Below are positions 41,690 to 52,000 of a stretch of 64,000 nt of DNA, one piece after another. Position 1 is the stretch's first letter; the number at the start of each line of letters is the position of its first letter. The stretch spans positions 25,664 through 89,663 of the forward strand of contig JAWLCQ010000001.1 of assembly GCA_041687095.1 (NCBI GenBank), given 5' to 3'. The position numbers and the translations under genes were made by a program. The DNA is from Phycisphaerae bacterium (GTDB lineage: Bacteria; Planctomycetota; Phycisphaerae; SM23-33). The notes beneath the pieces were generated by a model. It was not told the origin of the DNA. It saw nothing but the letters and a program-made list of their open reading frames with translations, and made no database searches.

Positions 41690-44461
41690 TTACGCTTCGG
41701 CCGCCTTCGTGATATCCAGCGACACGAACCGCAGCAGCTCGTCGTTGGTCATCTCGGTGAGCAGCTTCTCGCCCCCCCCGTCGCCCAGCAGGTCGTTCGC
41801 CAGCCCGACCTTCTCCTCGATGAGGCGGTCGATCTTCTCCTCGACCGTCCCCTGGCAGATGAACTTGTGGACCAGGACGTTTCGCTTCTGGCCGATCCGG
41901 AACGCGCGGTCGGTCGCCTGGTTCTCGACGGCGGGGTTCCACCAGCGGTCGAAGTGGATAACGTGCGTGGCGGCCGTCAGGTTCAATCCCACGCCCCCCG
42001 CCTTGAGCGAAAGCACGAAGAACGGCGGCCCGTCCTCCTCGGCGAAGGCGTCAACCATCTCGCGGCGCTTGGCGACGGGGGTCTGCCCGTGCAGGACCAG
42101 CCCGCTTCGCCCGAACACGCCGCGCAGGTGGTCCGCCAGCGGATCGGCGATCTCGCGGAACTGCGTGAACACCAACGCCTTCTCCTGCCGCTGGGCCAAC
42201 TCCTGGCAGATGTCCGCCAGCCGCTGGAACTTCCCGCTCTCGCCCGGGGCGTACCCGTTGTCCCCCAGCCACTGCGAGGGGTGGTTGCAGATCTGCTTGA
42301 GCCGCATCAGGAACGCCAAAACCAGCCCCTTGCGCTGGATGCCCTCGCTGATCTCCAACTGCCGGGCCAACTCCTCGACCGACTGCGCATAGATGGCCGC
42401 CTGGCGGGGGCTCAGGCCGCAGTAGGTCTTCACCTCCGTCTTGTCGGGCAGATCGGCGATGATGCTCTTGTCCGTCTTGAGCCGCCGGAGGATGTAAGGC
42501 CGCACGAGCGTGCGGAGCGGGCCGTACGGGTTGTGCTCGCGCTTCTCCAACGCCTTGGCGTACCGGGCGAACTCCGCCGCCGAGCCCAGCAGCCCGGGGT
42601 TGAGGAAGTCGAACAGCGACCACAGGTCGCTCAGCCGGTTCTCCACCGGGGTGCCCGTCATCGCGAGGCGGCAGTGCGCCTTGAGCTGCTTGATGGCGCG
42701 CGTCTGGCGGGTGCCGGAATTCTTGATCGCCTGGGCCTCGTCCAGGATGACCAGGTTCCACTCCCGCTCCCGCAGCCACCCCAAGCGGTGGGCCATCCCG
42801 TAGGTGGTGATGACCAGGTCCCGCCCGTCCAGGGACCTCTCCGGGTCCGTGTCGCACGCGTCCTGCTCCGAAGGATGGGCGACCCAGACGGACAGCACCG
42901 GGGCGAAGCGATCGATCTCCGACTTCCAGTTGGCGATCAGCGAGGCGGGCACCACCAGCAGGCTCGGCACGGCGGGAGGCGCTGAGGGGTCGGCCGGACC
43001 CGCCGCCGCCTCGCCCCGCCGGGCCCGCAGGTCCAGCAGCAGCGCGAGGACCTGGATGGTCTTGCCCAGCCCCATGTCGTCCGCGAGGCATCCGCCCAGG
43101 CGAAGCTGCGCCAGGAACCGCAGCCAGTGCATCCCCACCTCCTGGTACGGGCGCAGCGTCGCGCGGAGTTCCTTCGGAACCCCATCGCCGATCCGCCCCG
43201 GGTCGCGCAGTTGGCTGATCGCGTCCTCCAGCCACTCCCCCGCCGATACGCGCGTCCACTCCCGCTGGGCTTCGGCGTCCGCCTCCTTCGCCGCCCCTCC
43301 CAGGTCCGCCCCCGACAGCAGCCGCATGCCCTCGAAGAACGTCAGGCCCCCGGAGCGGACGTCGGACTCCACCTGCTTCCAGTGCGTCAGGGCGGCCGAG
43401 AGCTTCTCGCGGTCCACCTCCACCCACTGCCCCTTGAGCCTCACCAGCCCTTCGCCCGACGCCAGCAGGGCCTGCACGTCCTCCTCGCTCAGCGCCTCGT
43501 CGCCCACGCAGACCCCGACCGAGCAGTCCAGCAGGGCGTCGGCGTTGAGGAGCGAACCCTTGCGCTTCCCGATGGTCGCGTTGACGACGGGGCGGGGCGG
43601 GCGCTTGGCCTTCCACCAGTCCGGGACGCGGACGATCAGCCCCGCCTCCTCCATGGGGGGGATGTCCTGGAGGAAGGCGTAGGCCTCCCGCGGGGTCCAC
43701 GCCAGCGGGCGGTAGATGTCCCCGGACTCGACGAGCTGCTTCACGAGTTCGCTCTTCTCGCTGGCCGCCTGGATGGGCGACAGCAGCGCGATCAGCCCCT
43801 GGCGGTTCTTCGCCCCGGCGTACTCCTGGAGGGCCTTTCCCAGCGGCCGATGCTGCAACCGGCCCTGTTCCGACAGTCGGCTGGAGTAGCTCGCCATGAA
43901 CGCGAAGGGGTACTGCTCGTCTCGCTTGTTCTCCGCCAGGTGGAAGGTGACCCGCCCGACCCCCCGCCACAGCGGGTTCCTCTCGCGGAGGTACGCCTGT
44001 ACCCCGCCGGCAGACGCGCGGATCTCCGCCCGCACGAACTCGTCCAGCTCCCGCCACCAGCCCTGCAGGACCTCGGCCGAGAGGTACTCCAGCCCCTTCA
44101 TGGGCGGGGCCTGGAGCACGCGGAAGGCGAGTTCTTCGCTGGACGGGGGGGGCACGACCGCGGGCTCGGCGTCCCCGTCGCCCCCGGCCACGTGGCACAG
44201 GGCCGTCAGGTAGTCCCTCGCCACGTCGCGGGCGTACGCGAGGTCCGCGGGCAGGGGCGTCTGGAGTTCGACGGTTGCCAGGTGCAGCAGCCCCCTCGCC
44301 ATGCCCGTCGTGAACGCCTCCAGCACCCGCCGTCCCACCCCCTGCGGCAGTCCGGGCGCACCGGGACCGGGTGCATCGGTCGCCTCGACATGCAAGTGCC
44401 CCTGGGGCGTCACGTAGGGCGCGACCCCGGCGATCGGTGTGTCCGTATCCTGTCTGATCAT
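41690..44461 (-). CDS. SNF2-family DEAD/H helicase (YwqA-like) with roughly 430-aa N-terminal domain of unknown function
   Basis: Motif I DDMGLGKT, motif II LDEAQAIKN, motif III MTGTPVENRLSDLWSLFDF, helicase-C (FTQF..GQTPVAKRREMVDAF..LSLKAGGVGLNLTAATHVIHFDRWWNP..QATDRAFRIGQK). Confidence 0.9.
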   Translation of the reverse strand: MIRQDTDTPIAGVAPYVTPQGHLHVEATDAPGPGAPGLPQGVGRRVLEAFTTGMARGLLHLATVELQTPLPADLAYARDVARDYLTALCHVAGGDGDAEPAVVPPPSSEELAFRVLQAPPMKGLEYLSAEVLQGWWRELDEFVRAEIRASAGGVQAYLRERNPLWRGVGRVTFHLAENKRDEQYPFAFMASYSSRLSEQGRLQHRPLGKALQEYAGAKNRQGLIALLSPIQAASEKSELVKQLVESGDIYRPLAWTPREAYAFLQDIPPMEEAGLIVRVPDWWKAKRPPRPVVNATIGKRKGSLLNADALLDCSVGVCVGDEALSEEDVQALLASGEGLVRLKGQWVEVDREKLSAALTHWKQVESDVRSGGLTFFEGMRLLSGADLGGAAKEADAEAQREWTRVSAGEWLEDAISQLRDPGRIGDGVPKELRATLRPYQEVGMHWLRFLAQLRLGGCLADDMGLGKTIQVLALLLDLRARRGEAAAGPADPSAPPAVPSLLVVPASLIANWKSEIDRFAPVLSVWVAHPSEQDACDTDPERSLDGRDLVITTYGMAHRLGWLREREWNLVILDEAQAIKNSGTRQTRAIKQLKAHCRLAMTGTPVENRLSDLWSLFDFLNPGLLGSAAEFARYAKALEKREHNPYGPLRTLVRPYILRRLKTDKSIIADLPDKTEVKTYCGLSPRQAAIYAQSVEELARQLEISEGIQRKGLVLAFLMRLKQICNHPSQWLGDNGYAPGESGKFQRLADICQELAQRQEKALVFTQFREIADPLADHLRGVFGRSGLVLHGQTPVAKRREMVDAFAEEDGPPFFVLSLKAGGVGLNLTAATHVIHFDRWWNPAVENQATDRAFRIGQKRNVLVHKFICQGTVEEKIDRLIEEKVGLANDLLGDGGGEKLLTEMTNDELLRFVSLDITKAAEA

Positions 44462-45155
44462 GCCTCTGCCTCAGATTCGGGAGTCTGCCCCGCCAATGCG
44501 CGGCCTCCGCGGCAACCGTCATCGTCAGCCGCCCGTCGCCAACCGTCAGCCAGACAGTACCACCAACCTCCCAACGACGAACAGAGGCAAGCAGTTCCGG
44601 TCCTTCCCGGCCGCATCCGGAAACGTGGGTATCTCGATCCTTCGTGCGGGTTCGGGAAGGGGTGTTTGGGTGGAACGGGCCCGCAAGGCAGGGCGATGGG
44701 GGCGAGCGCCAACAGTCCTTGGCGGAGCGGAGCTAACGCGTGGTCCTCGGGAGGTGCGGAGGGACGCCGCAGGCGGATGCTGTCTTGGATCGCCGGTCAA
44801 GACCGGCAGGGAACTGTGAACGCAAGAGCCGCACAGGAAGAATCGAGCCAGTCCTACTGCCCCAAGTCCTGCGGGGGCCGGCGCGAGGCTTTCGCCCCAA
44901 GCGGTCATTTCACCTGGAAAGATTTGACTTGCCGTAAAGTCATTCTCGTGAGAGACTGGGCGGAAAGGATGACGCAGGCCGGACTTCTTCTCGGCAATCG
45001 TGATCGCGTGAGTGAGGGCTTCCTCAGACGGTGCCGTTGGGCCATCTGGGGGGGCGCCCGCCCTTCCGTCCCCTTGGCCGCATGCGGCTTGAGGACTGCG
45101 CCCGCAAGGGAGGTTCCCGGACAATGCGGGCAGGCCGGCAGCATCGAATCGAAAG

Positions 45156-45827
45156 GTGAGGGAGCAGGAAATGGTCGCTCGTTTCGCTGCAATGGTTTGT
45201 CTCGTGGTGTGTGGTTCCGCGGTCCCGGTGCACGCCGCGATGGTTCTGGGCCTGGAGTGCGACACGTATTTCGCCAGGCCCGGGGACGTGCTGGAGCTGC
45301 GGATTCTGCTGGATGTGGATGACGCGGCGGCGGGGTGGCAGGCGCCGGCGGCGGGGCTGTTCTCGGCCGGGGCGGCGGTGAGGTTCGCCCCCGCCCTGGG
45401 GGCCGTGGCGGACGTGTCGGACATCCTTCTTCCGGGGGCGCTGTCGGAGAACGGAGCGGGCGCCCCCGCCCGCCGGGAGGTCGCCCCGGGATTCGCGGGG
45501 TTCTTCGGGGGGCTGCTGATGACCCTGGACCCGTTTACGCAGGGCTACGGCGAGCCGCTTCTGGCAACGGTGCGGCTGCAGGTGGCCCTGGGGGCGACGG
45601 GGAGCTTTCCGATCCAGTTGGACACGTATTTCCCGGCCCCGATGTCGAACCTCGTGACGTGCGACGCGCAGTCGTTGGACGACGAGGTGGAGTACCGGCC
45701 GTCGACGGTGGTCCTCATCCCCGAGCCGCTCGCCCTGTGCCTTGTGGGCGTGGGGTCCGTGGCGATGCTGTCCCGTCGGCGGGCGCGTCTGGGCCGGGGC
45801 CCGGGGCACGCCAAGGCTCGGGGCTGA
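45156..45827 (+). CDS. PEP-CTERM sorting-signal protein (putative exosortase substrate), secreted
   Basis: N-terminal signal peptide MVARFAAMVCLVVCGSAVPVHAAM; C-terminal VVLIPEPLALCLVGVGSVAMLSRRRAR is a PEP motif plus TM helix plus Arg cluster. GAGGGAG SD precedes the start. Confidence 0.75.
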   Translation: MREQEMVARFAAMVCLVVCGSAVPVHAAMVLGLECDTYFARPGDVLELRILLDVDDAAAGWQAPAAGLFSAGAAVRFAPALGAVADVSDILLPGALSENGAGAPARREVAPGFAGFFGGLLMTLDPFTQGYGEPLLATVRLQVALGATGSFPIQLDTYFPAPMSNLVTCDAQSLDDEVEYRPSTVVLIPEPLALCLVGVGSVAMLSRRRARLGRGPGHAKARG

Positions 45828-46005
45828 GTACGCCGGGGCCCGGCAGGCGTTTCGGGGGGAGGCAAGCGCATCTCTTCGTGCCGTGCCGTTTTCAGAATTC
45901 ACGATGGCAGCAAACCCCATCGTCGCTCCGACGATGGGGACCGGACAATGCGATTGAACCGCGGGCGTGCCCACGAGGCGCGCCCGTCACCCAAGGAGAG
46001 GGCCT

Positions 46006-49000
46006 ATGTCCGCGGATGCGGTGCAGCGCGCCAAGGTGCGCGGGAGCCTGACGAACGGGTCGGGGCGGATCGAGCTTCTGGAGCAGCGGATTCTTCTCAG
46101 CGGCACGCCGCTCCCCGACGCCGCCCGCCTGGGCCTGATCGAGGGCCTGACGGAGTTCGCCCAGTGGACCGACCGCCTGGGGCAGACGGAGGCCTTCACC
46201 ACGGGGCTCCCGCTGAGCGACGGGGCCACCCTGGGCACGGTCACCGCCGCCGGGGACGTCGTGCAGACCTATCTCGTGGATCGCGTCTGCCAGGTGCTCC
46301 AGAGTCCCGGAGCGACGCTGGAGGACGTGGTGAGCGCCCTGCGGGATCTGGGCGGCAGCTTCGTCGGGGATCTCGGGGGCCGGCAAGTTCCGCTGGACGT
46401 GCTGGTCGACCCGGCAGCCGTCGTCGGGGCATGGGTGGATTCCGAGATCTCCTTCTCCCTGCCGTTCCAGGCGCTGCTGCGCCCGCCGTCCGGGGTGGAC
46501 CTGGACGACGCGCTGGGGGCCCTGGGGTTCACCTCGGGCGCCGAATTCGCCCTCGATGCCCTCGGGAGCCTCACGCTGGACCTGACGTTCGGGTTCGACC
46601 TTTCCGAAGGCCTCGGTCAGGCCGAACAATTCTTCCTCCGCCCCGTCGAGATGCTGCTGGAGGCGGACCTGTCCGGCGCCGACTTCGATCTGCCCGATCT
46701 GCGCATGGGCTTCATGGATCTGGGAATCACGCACGGATCGATCTCACTGTCCGGATTGGCCGACGTGAGCTTCGTCAACCCCGACGCCGACCTCCTGGGC
46801 AGGATCACCCTCGATGAACTGCGGAACACGGCGATGGACGTGCTGGCCGCCGTGACGCCCGGGGGCACGCTCCAGGCGTCGCTGCCGCTGTCGGGGGTGC
46901 TGGGGGCCATGGGCCTGGGAGCCCCGCAGATCTCGCTGAACTGCCTGGACGTGTTCCAACTGCCGGTGGAGATGGGCTTCAATGCCGACTTCGAGGCGCT
47001 GCTGCCCCTGGGGCGGATCGATCCGGCGATGGTGCTGGAGGCGTTCGACAGCCTCGGGGCGTCGTTGACGTCGCTGCAGCGATCCGACGTGTTCGCGCGG
47101 ATCGAGGGACTGGGCGCCCAGAAGCTCTCCGATCTGCTGCGGCTGGGGGAGAACCTCCGGGGGATCATCGACGAGGTGCTGATGCGCCCGATCGATGGCG
47201 CCCACGGGCTCTACGAGTCGGCCTTCGACTCGGCCCAGAGCCTGCTGGAGCGCCTGGCGGCCTACCCGCAGAGCGTCCTGAGCAGCAGTGCGGACTACCT
47301 GGACGGCGTGCTGACGTACACGCTTCGTTTCGCCGCGAGCGACGCCCTGGAGGGGGACTTCGCCTACGACTACTCCGACGGTCCGCTGTCCCTGAGCGCT
47401 ACGGGCACGGTCAGCGGCGAGGTCGGGACCGAGGTGGCGCTGACGCTGGGGCTGGACCTGTCGGCCCTGTCGGCGGAGGTGATCGCGGCCGGGGCCGCCC
47501 CGGTCGGTGGGCAACTGGATCGCTCGGCCGAGTTCTCCGTGCAGGTGGGATCGGACGCGCCCGTGCGCGTGACGGTTCCCGCCGAGGCGACGGCAGACAA
47601 CGCCGGCCTGGACGATCTGGTGGCCGACATCAACGCCGCGCTGGCCGACGCGGGGCTGGTGGCCTGGACGGGTGCGGGGGCGGTGCTGCTGGTCGAGGCC
47701 CGCCGGGTCACCGTCGAGACCGCCGACGGGGAGCGGCAGCGCATCGCGCTGCGGACGCTGGGCCCGTGGGTGGCGGCTCGCCTGAGCGTCACGCCCGGGG
47801 CGGGGGCGGGGCAGCTTGGCTTCACGAGCGCCATGGAAGACCACTGCCGCCCCGAGGACTTCGCGTTCGTGCAGGACGCGGGGGCGTCGGCGAGCATGCT
47901 TGTGGCGGCCCAGATGCCCGAGGGGCACGGGCGCCTGGGCATGCTGGGTGGGATCACGTTGACAAACGGAGCCGCCTGGGTCGGCGGGACCGGGTACACC
48001 CCCGCGAGCCCCGTCCCAGCCACCGTGTCGTTCCAGATCGGGCAGGCGGGCGTTCGCTACGGTCTGGGCGACCTGGCGGAGACGATCGGGTCCGACGCGG
48101 CCGGTCTGGTCGAGGACTCGCTGACGACGGACGTGCAGGCGGGCTACCAGTTCACGGTGACGATCGAGGGCCAGACCGCCGAGTTGCTGGGCCTGGACCC
48201 GCTGGCGGTGCGGAGCATCGAGGTGCTGTACCCGGACGTGGTGGGCGGCCTGGCGCCGGTCATCAGCACCGTGGGGATGGACGAGCTGCTGGCCGCGGGG
48301 CAGCAGATCACGCGCGGGCAGATCGTCGAGGCGCTGCACGCCCTGGTGGACTTCCTGCAGGGGCTCGAATCGCTCCAAGGCCCGCTGAGCTGGCGCCTGC
48401 CCGGAACGGGCCTGAGCGTCAACGAGATGGTGGACTGCGCCCAGGATCTCGCGAGGCTCATCGAGCGGATCAACGCCGAGGGGCTCACCGCGCTGAACGA
48501 CAGCCTGTCGGGCCTCGCCGCCACCGTCCGCGACGTGCTGGGGCTCGCGGAGGACCAGTTCCTCCTGCGGATCGAGCCCGCGTCGGCCGCCGGGGAGGCC
48601 GCACTGCGGATGACGCTGGACCTCGACTACGCCTTCGACCGCCAGGCGGCGGTGAACCTGGACCTCGAAACGCTCATGGGGGCGAGCCTCTGGCCCCAGA
48701 TGGCGGACTACACGAGCATCCTCGGCGAATCGGGCGGGGGGACCGTTCGCGTGGACGGCAGCGCCCACGTCACGATCGACCTGGGGGTGGGCCTGTCGAG
48801 CCTCGATCCGTTCCTGTACGAGGGCACCGCCATCGGCGGGGCGCTCCGCGTGCAGGGGCGCGACCTGGCGTTCGACCTCACGCTGGGCCCGCTGCCGGGC
48901 ATGGCCGTCGCGGGCGGGCATCTGCTGGTGGGCGACTGCCCCGAGGGCGGACCGGCGGCGTACGGTGCGGGCGAGATCCCGGCCGCTGCGTTCCGCGTGG

Positions 49001-52000
49001 GCCTCACCGACACCGATCCCGCCACCGTCGAGCGCTACTACCTCTCGTCCATCGCCGACAGCGACGTGACGGGGACGCTGGACGCGCAGGTGGACCTGGT
49101 CCTGCCCTTCGAGGGCGACTGGGTGGACCCCGCCGACGCGGACCTGTGGCTGCTGGCGGGCGTGGACGCGCAGGGCGCCCTGGCGGACGTCGACGGTGAC
49201 TTCCCGACGTTCGTCATGCCCGACACGCTGAACCTCGAGGCGATGATCGACGGGCTGCGGACGCTGCTGACCCGCCTCCGCGACGCCTTGGGCACGCAGG
49301 CGTTCAACCTCAGCCTGCCCATCGTGGGCACGCAGCTCAACACCGCCTACCTCGACTCCCTGCTCGCCCGCCTGGGCGGTTGGTCGCCCTACGACGCCCT
49401 CCACGCCGCCACCTGGGCGACGAACAACCTCGCGGCGATGTTCGGGGCCTCCGCCCAGATCCAGGCGGCCGACACCGGGGACATGGACGCCGCCGACGCG
49501 GCGGCCGAGTGGATCATCCAGCTCTCCGACACCTACGCCTTCGGGGCCGCCGACGTGGACTTCGACCTGGGCCTGCCCGGGCTGGGGCTGGACATCGACG
49601 CCCACGCGGACGTGAGCCTCGACTGGGTCTTCAACCTGGGCCTGGGGTTCAGCAAGAACAAGGGCTTCTACCTCATCACCGACGACGGGGGGTTCGCGAC
49701 GGGCCTGGCGTTCGCCGGAGAGTCGCCCACGCTGGGCGTGGCGCTCACCGCGGGCGTCACCGATCTCGACGCGAGCGGGCGACTGGGCTTTCTGAACCTG
49801 ACGGCCGAGGCGATCCCCGGGGCGCCCATCGGGGCGAGCGGGCAGTTTGCCATCGACCTTTCGGGCCTCAACGGGCGGGTGTACTACAACCGCCTGGCGT
49901 CGTCGATCTACGACGTGGACGTCGCCTACGCCCTGTCCGCCGACGTCAATGCGCGGCTGGAGATCGCCTACAGCGCCAACTTCCCGTCGATCCTGTCGGA
50001 CCTGGTCATGCACTGGTCGTTCGACAACGACGACGCCACGGTTGACGCGCCGCTGTCGCTCGCCCTGGAGGACATCCGCATCGACCTGGGCGGGTATCTC
50101 GGTGGGGTCGTTTCGCCCGTGGTGGAACGCATCAACGAGGTCTTCGAGCCCCTGCAGCCGATCCTGAACGTTCTCAACACGACCGTGCCGGTGGTCTCGT
50201 ACGTCCTGGACCGCGACGTGACGATCCTCGATCTCGCCATCATGGCCGGGGGCTCGGGGGGCTACGACGTCGAGTTCCTCTCGGACGTCGCGGCCGTCGT
50301 CGACCTCGCCGGGCGGCTGCCCGCGCTCCAGTCGCACTACATCCACCTGGGGACGTACACGTTCGGTTCGGGCCTCGTGTCCGCCGACTCGCCGCTGGAC
50401 CTGGCGGTCAACGGCGGGGCGTTCGAGGGCAACGAGAACGCCCTGGTCGACGCCCGCAACGCCGGCGGCGGGTTCGGGGCGTTCCTGGACGACCTGCAGG
50501 AGATCGGGATCGAGATCCCGCTGCTGGCGGAGCCCCTCCGCGTCGTCGAGTTGTTCCTCGGCCGCGATGTTGAACTGGTGCAGTACACCACCCCGCGCCT
50601 GGCGCTGGACATCGACTTCCGCCAGCAGACCCCGATCATCTTCCCGTGGCTGGTGTTCACGATCGGGATGGACGCGAGCATCTCCGCGCAGGCGGCCTTC
50701 GGGTACGACACGCGCGGGTTGCGGCAGTACGCCGACGGGGGCGACACGGGCGACCTGCTCAACGGGTTCTACATGCGCACGGGCCCGCAGTACCCGCTGA
50801 TCCGCTTTGCGGGGCACGCCGCGCTGGGCCTGGGCGTGAGCCTCGGGGGCGTCGTCGCCGCCGGGGTCGAGGGCGGGATCGGGCTCGATGGGCACATCTA
50901 CGCCACCGACGCCGACGGCGACGGGCGCCTGCACTGGGACGAGCTGCCCGCGTTTGAACCGGGCGAGATCCTGTCGCTGTTCGATTGCGACGGGAGCATC
51001 TACTTCGACGTCCGCCTGTGGTGGGAAACGCCGATCGACGACGGAACCTACACGCTGGCGAAGGTGACGCTGATGGACTTCGGGGCCGGCACCGGCGGGG
51101 CCATCGAGCACGAGGCGGACATCGAGTTCGACCAGCGCGCCATGGGCAATTCCGTGGACCTCGGCCAGGCCCCGACCGCTCGCGTGTACCACCCCGAGCT
51201 GTGGGATTCGCGCGGAGTGCAGTGGTACCGCTTCTCCACCGACCGCGACAACGAGGTCTTCGATTTCTCGGCCGTCCGCGCCAGCGCGGGCAACGACATG
51301 GCCCTGGCCGTCTTCAACGCCGACGGGGAGCGCCTCGCCATGTCGGCCGGCTGGGGCAGTTCGCAGGCGACGCTCAACGACGTCCGCCTGGGCGAGCGGG
51401 GCGTGTACTACCTCGCCGTCATGTGCAACGACCCCGAGTGGCCGCTGGAGAGCGTCTCCGTCACGCCCAACACCGACGCGCTGACGGGCACGGTGGTGTA
51501 CTACGTCAACGACCTGGACGACTCGCCCGACCCGTACCTGATGGGCAACCCCTACACGTCCGCCCCGGGCGACGACGCCAACAGCGGTTTGGACCCCGCG
51601 CACCCCAAGGCGAGCATCTCCGCGGTGGTCTCATCGTTGACAGGCAACGAGGGGCGCGTCTACATCCTCGTCGACAGCGGGCACTACCGCGTGGACGACG
51701 AGGCCGAGCGCATCCGCCTGGCGCAGGGCAACGTGTGGTTCGTCGGGACCTGGCACACGAACGTGACGTTCGCCGCCGGTCCGCTGTTCGACCTGAACAA
51801 CGCCGGGGACGTCCACCTCTACGGGTTCAATCTCTACGGCGAGGGGACCGCGACGGCGGTCCGTACGCGCGGGGACGGCCTGTGGGACGCAGCCGCGGGG
51901 CATTATGCACCCGTCGATTCGCTCGTCATCGAGGGCAACCGCTTCGACGGCGTGGGCGTGGGCATCGACGCCGGGTGCTTCCAGAGCGTGGTGATCTCCG

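Noticed and set aside
43127-45322. Plus-strand ORF of 731 aa
   Set aside because: Antisense to the SNF2 helicase over its first 1300 nt and then running through the 700-bp non-coding spacer. Arg/Gly/Pro-rich and no recognisable domain.
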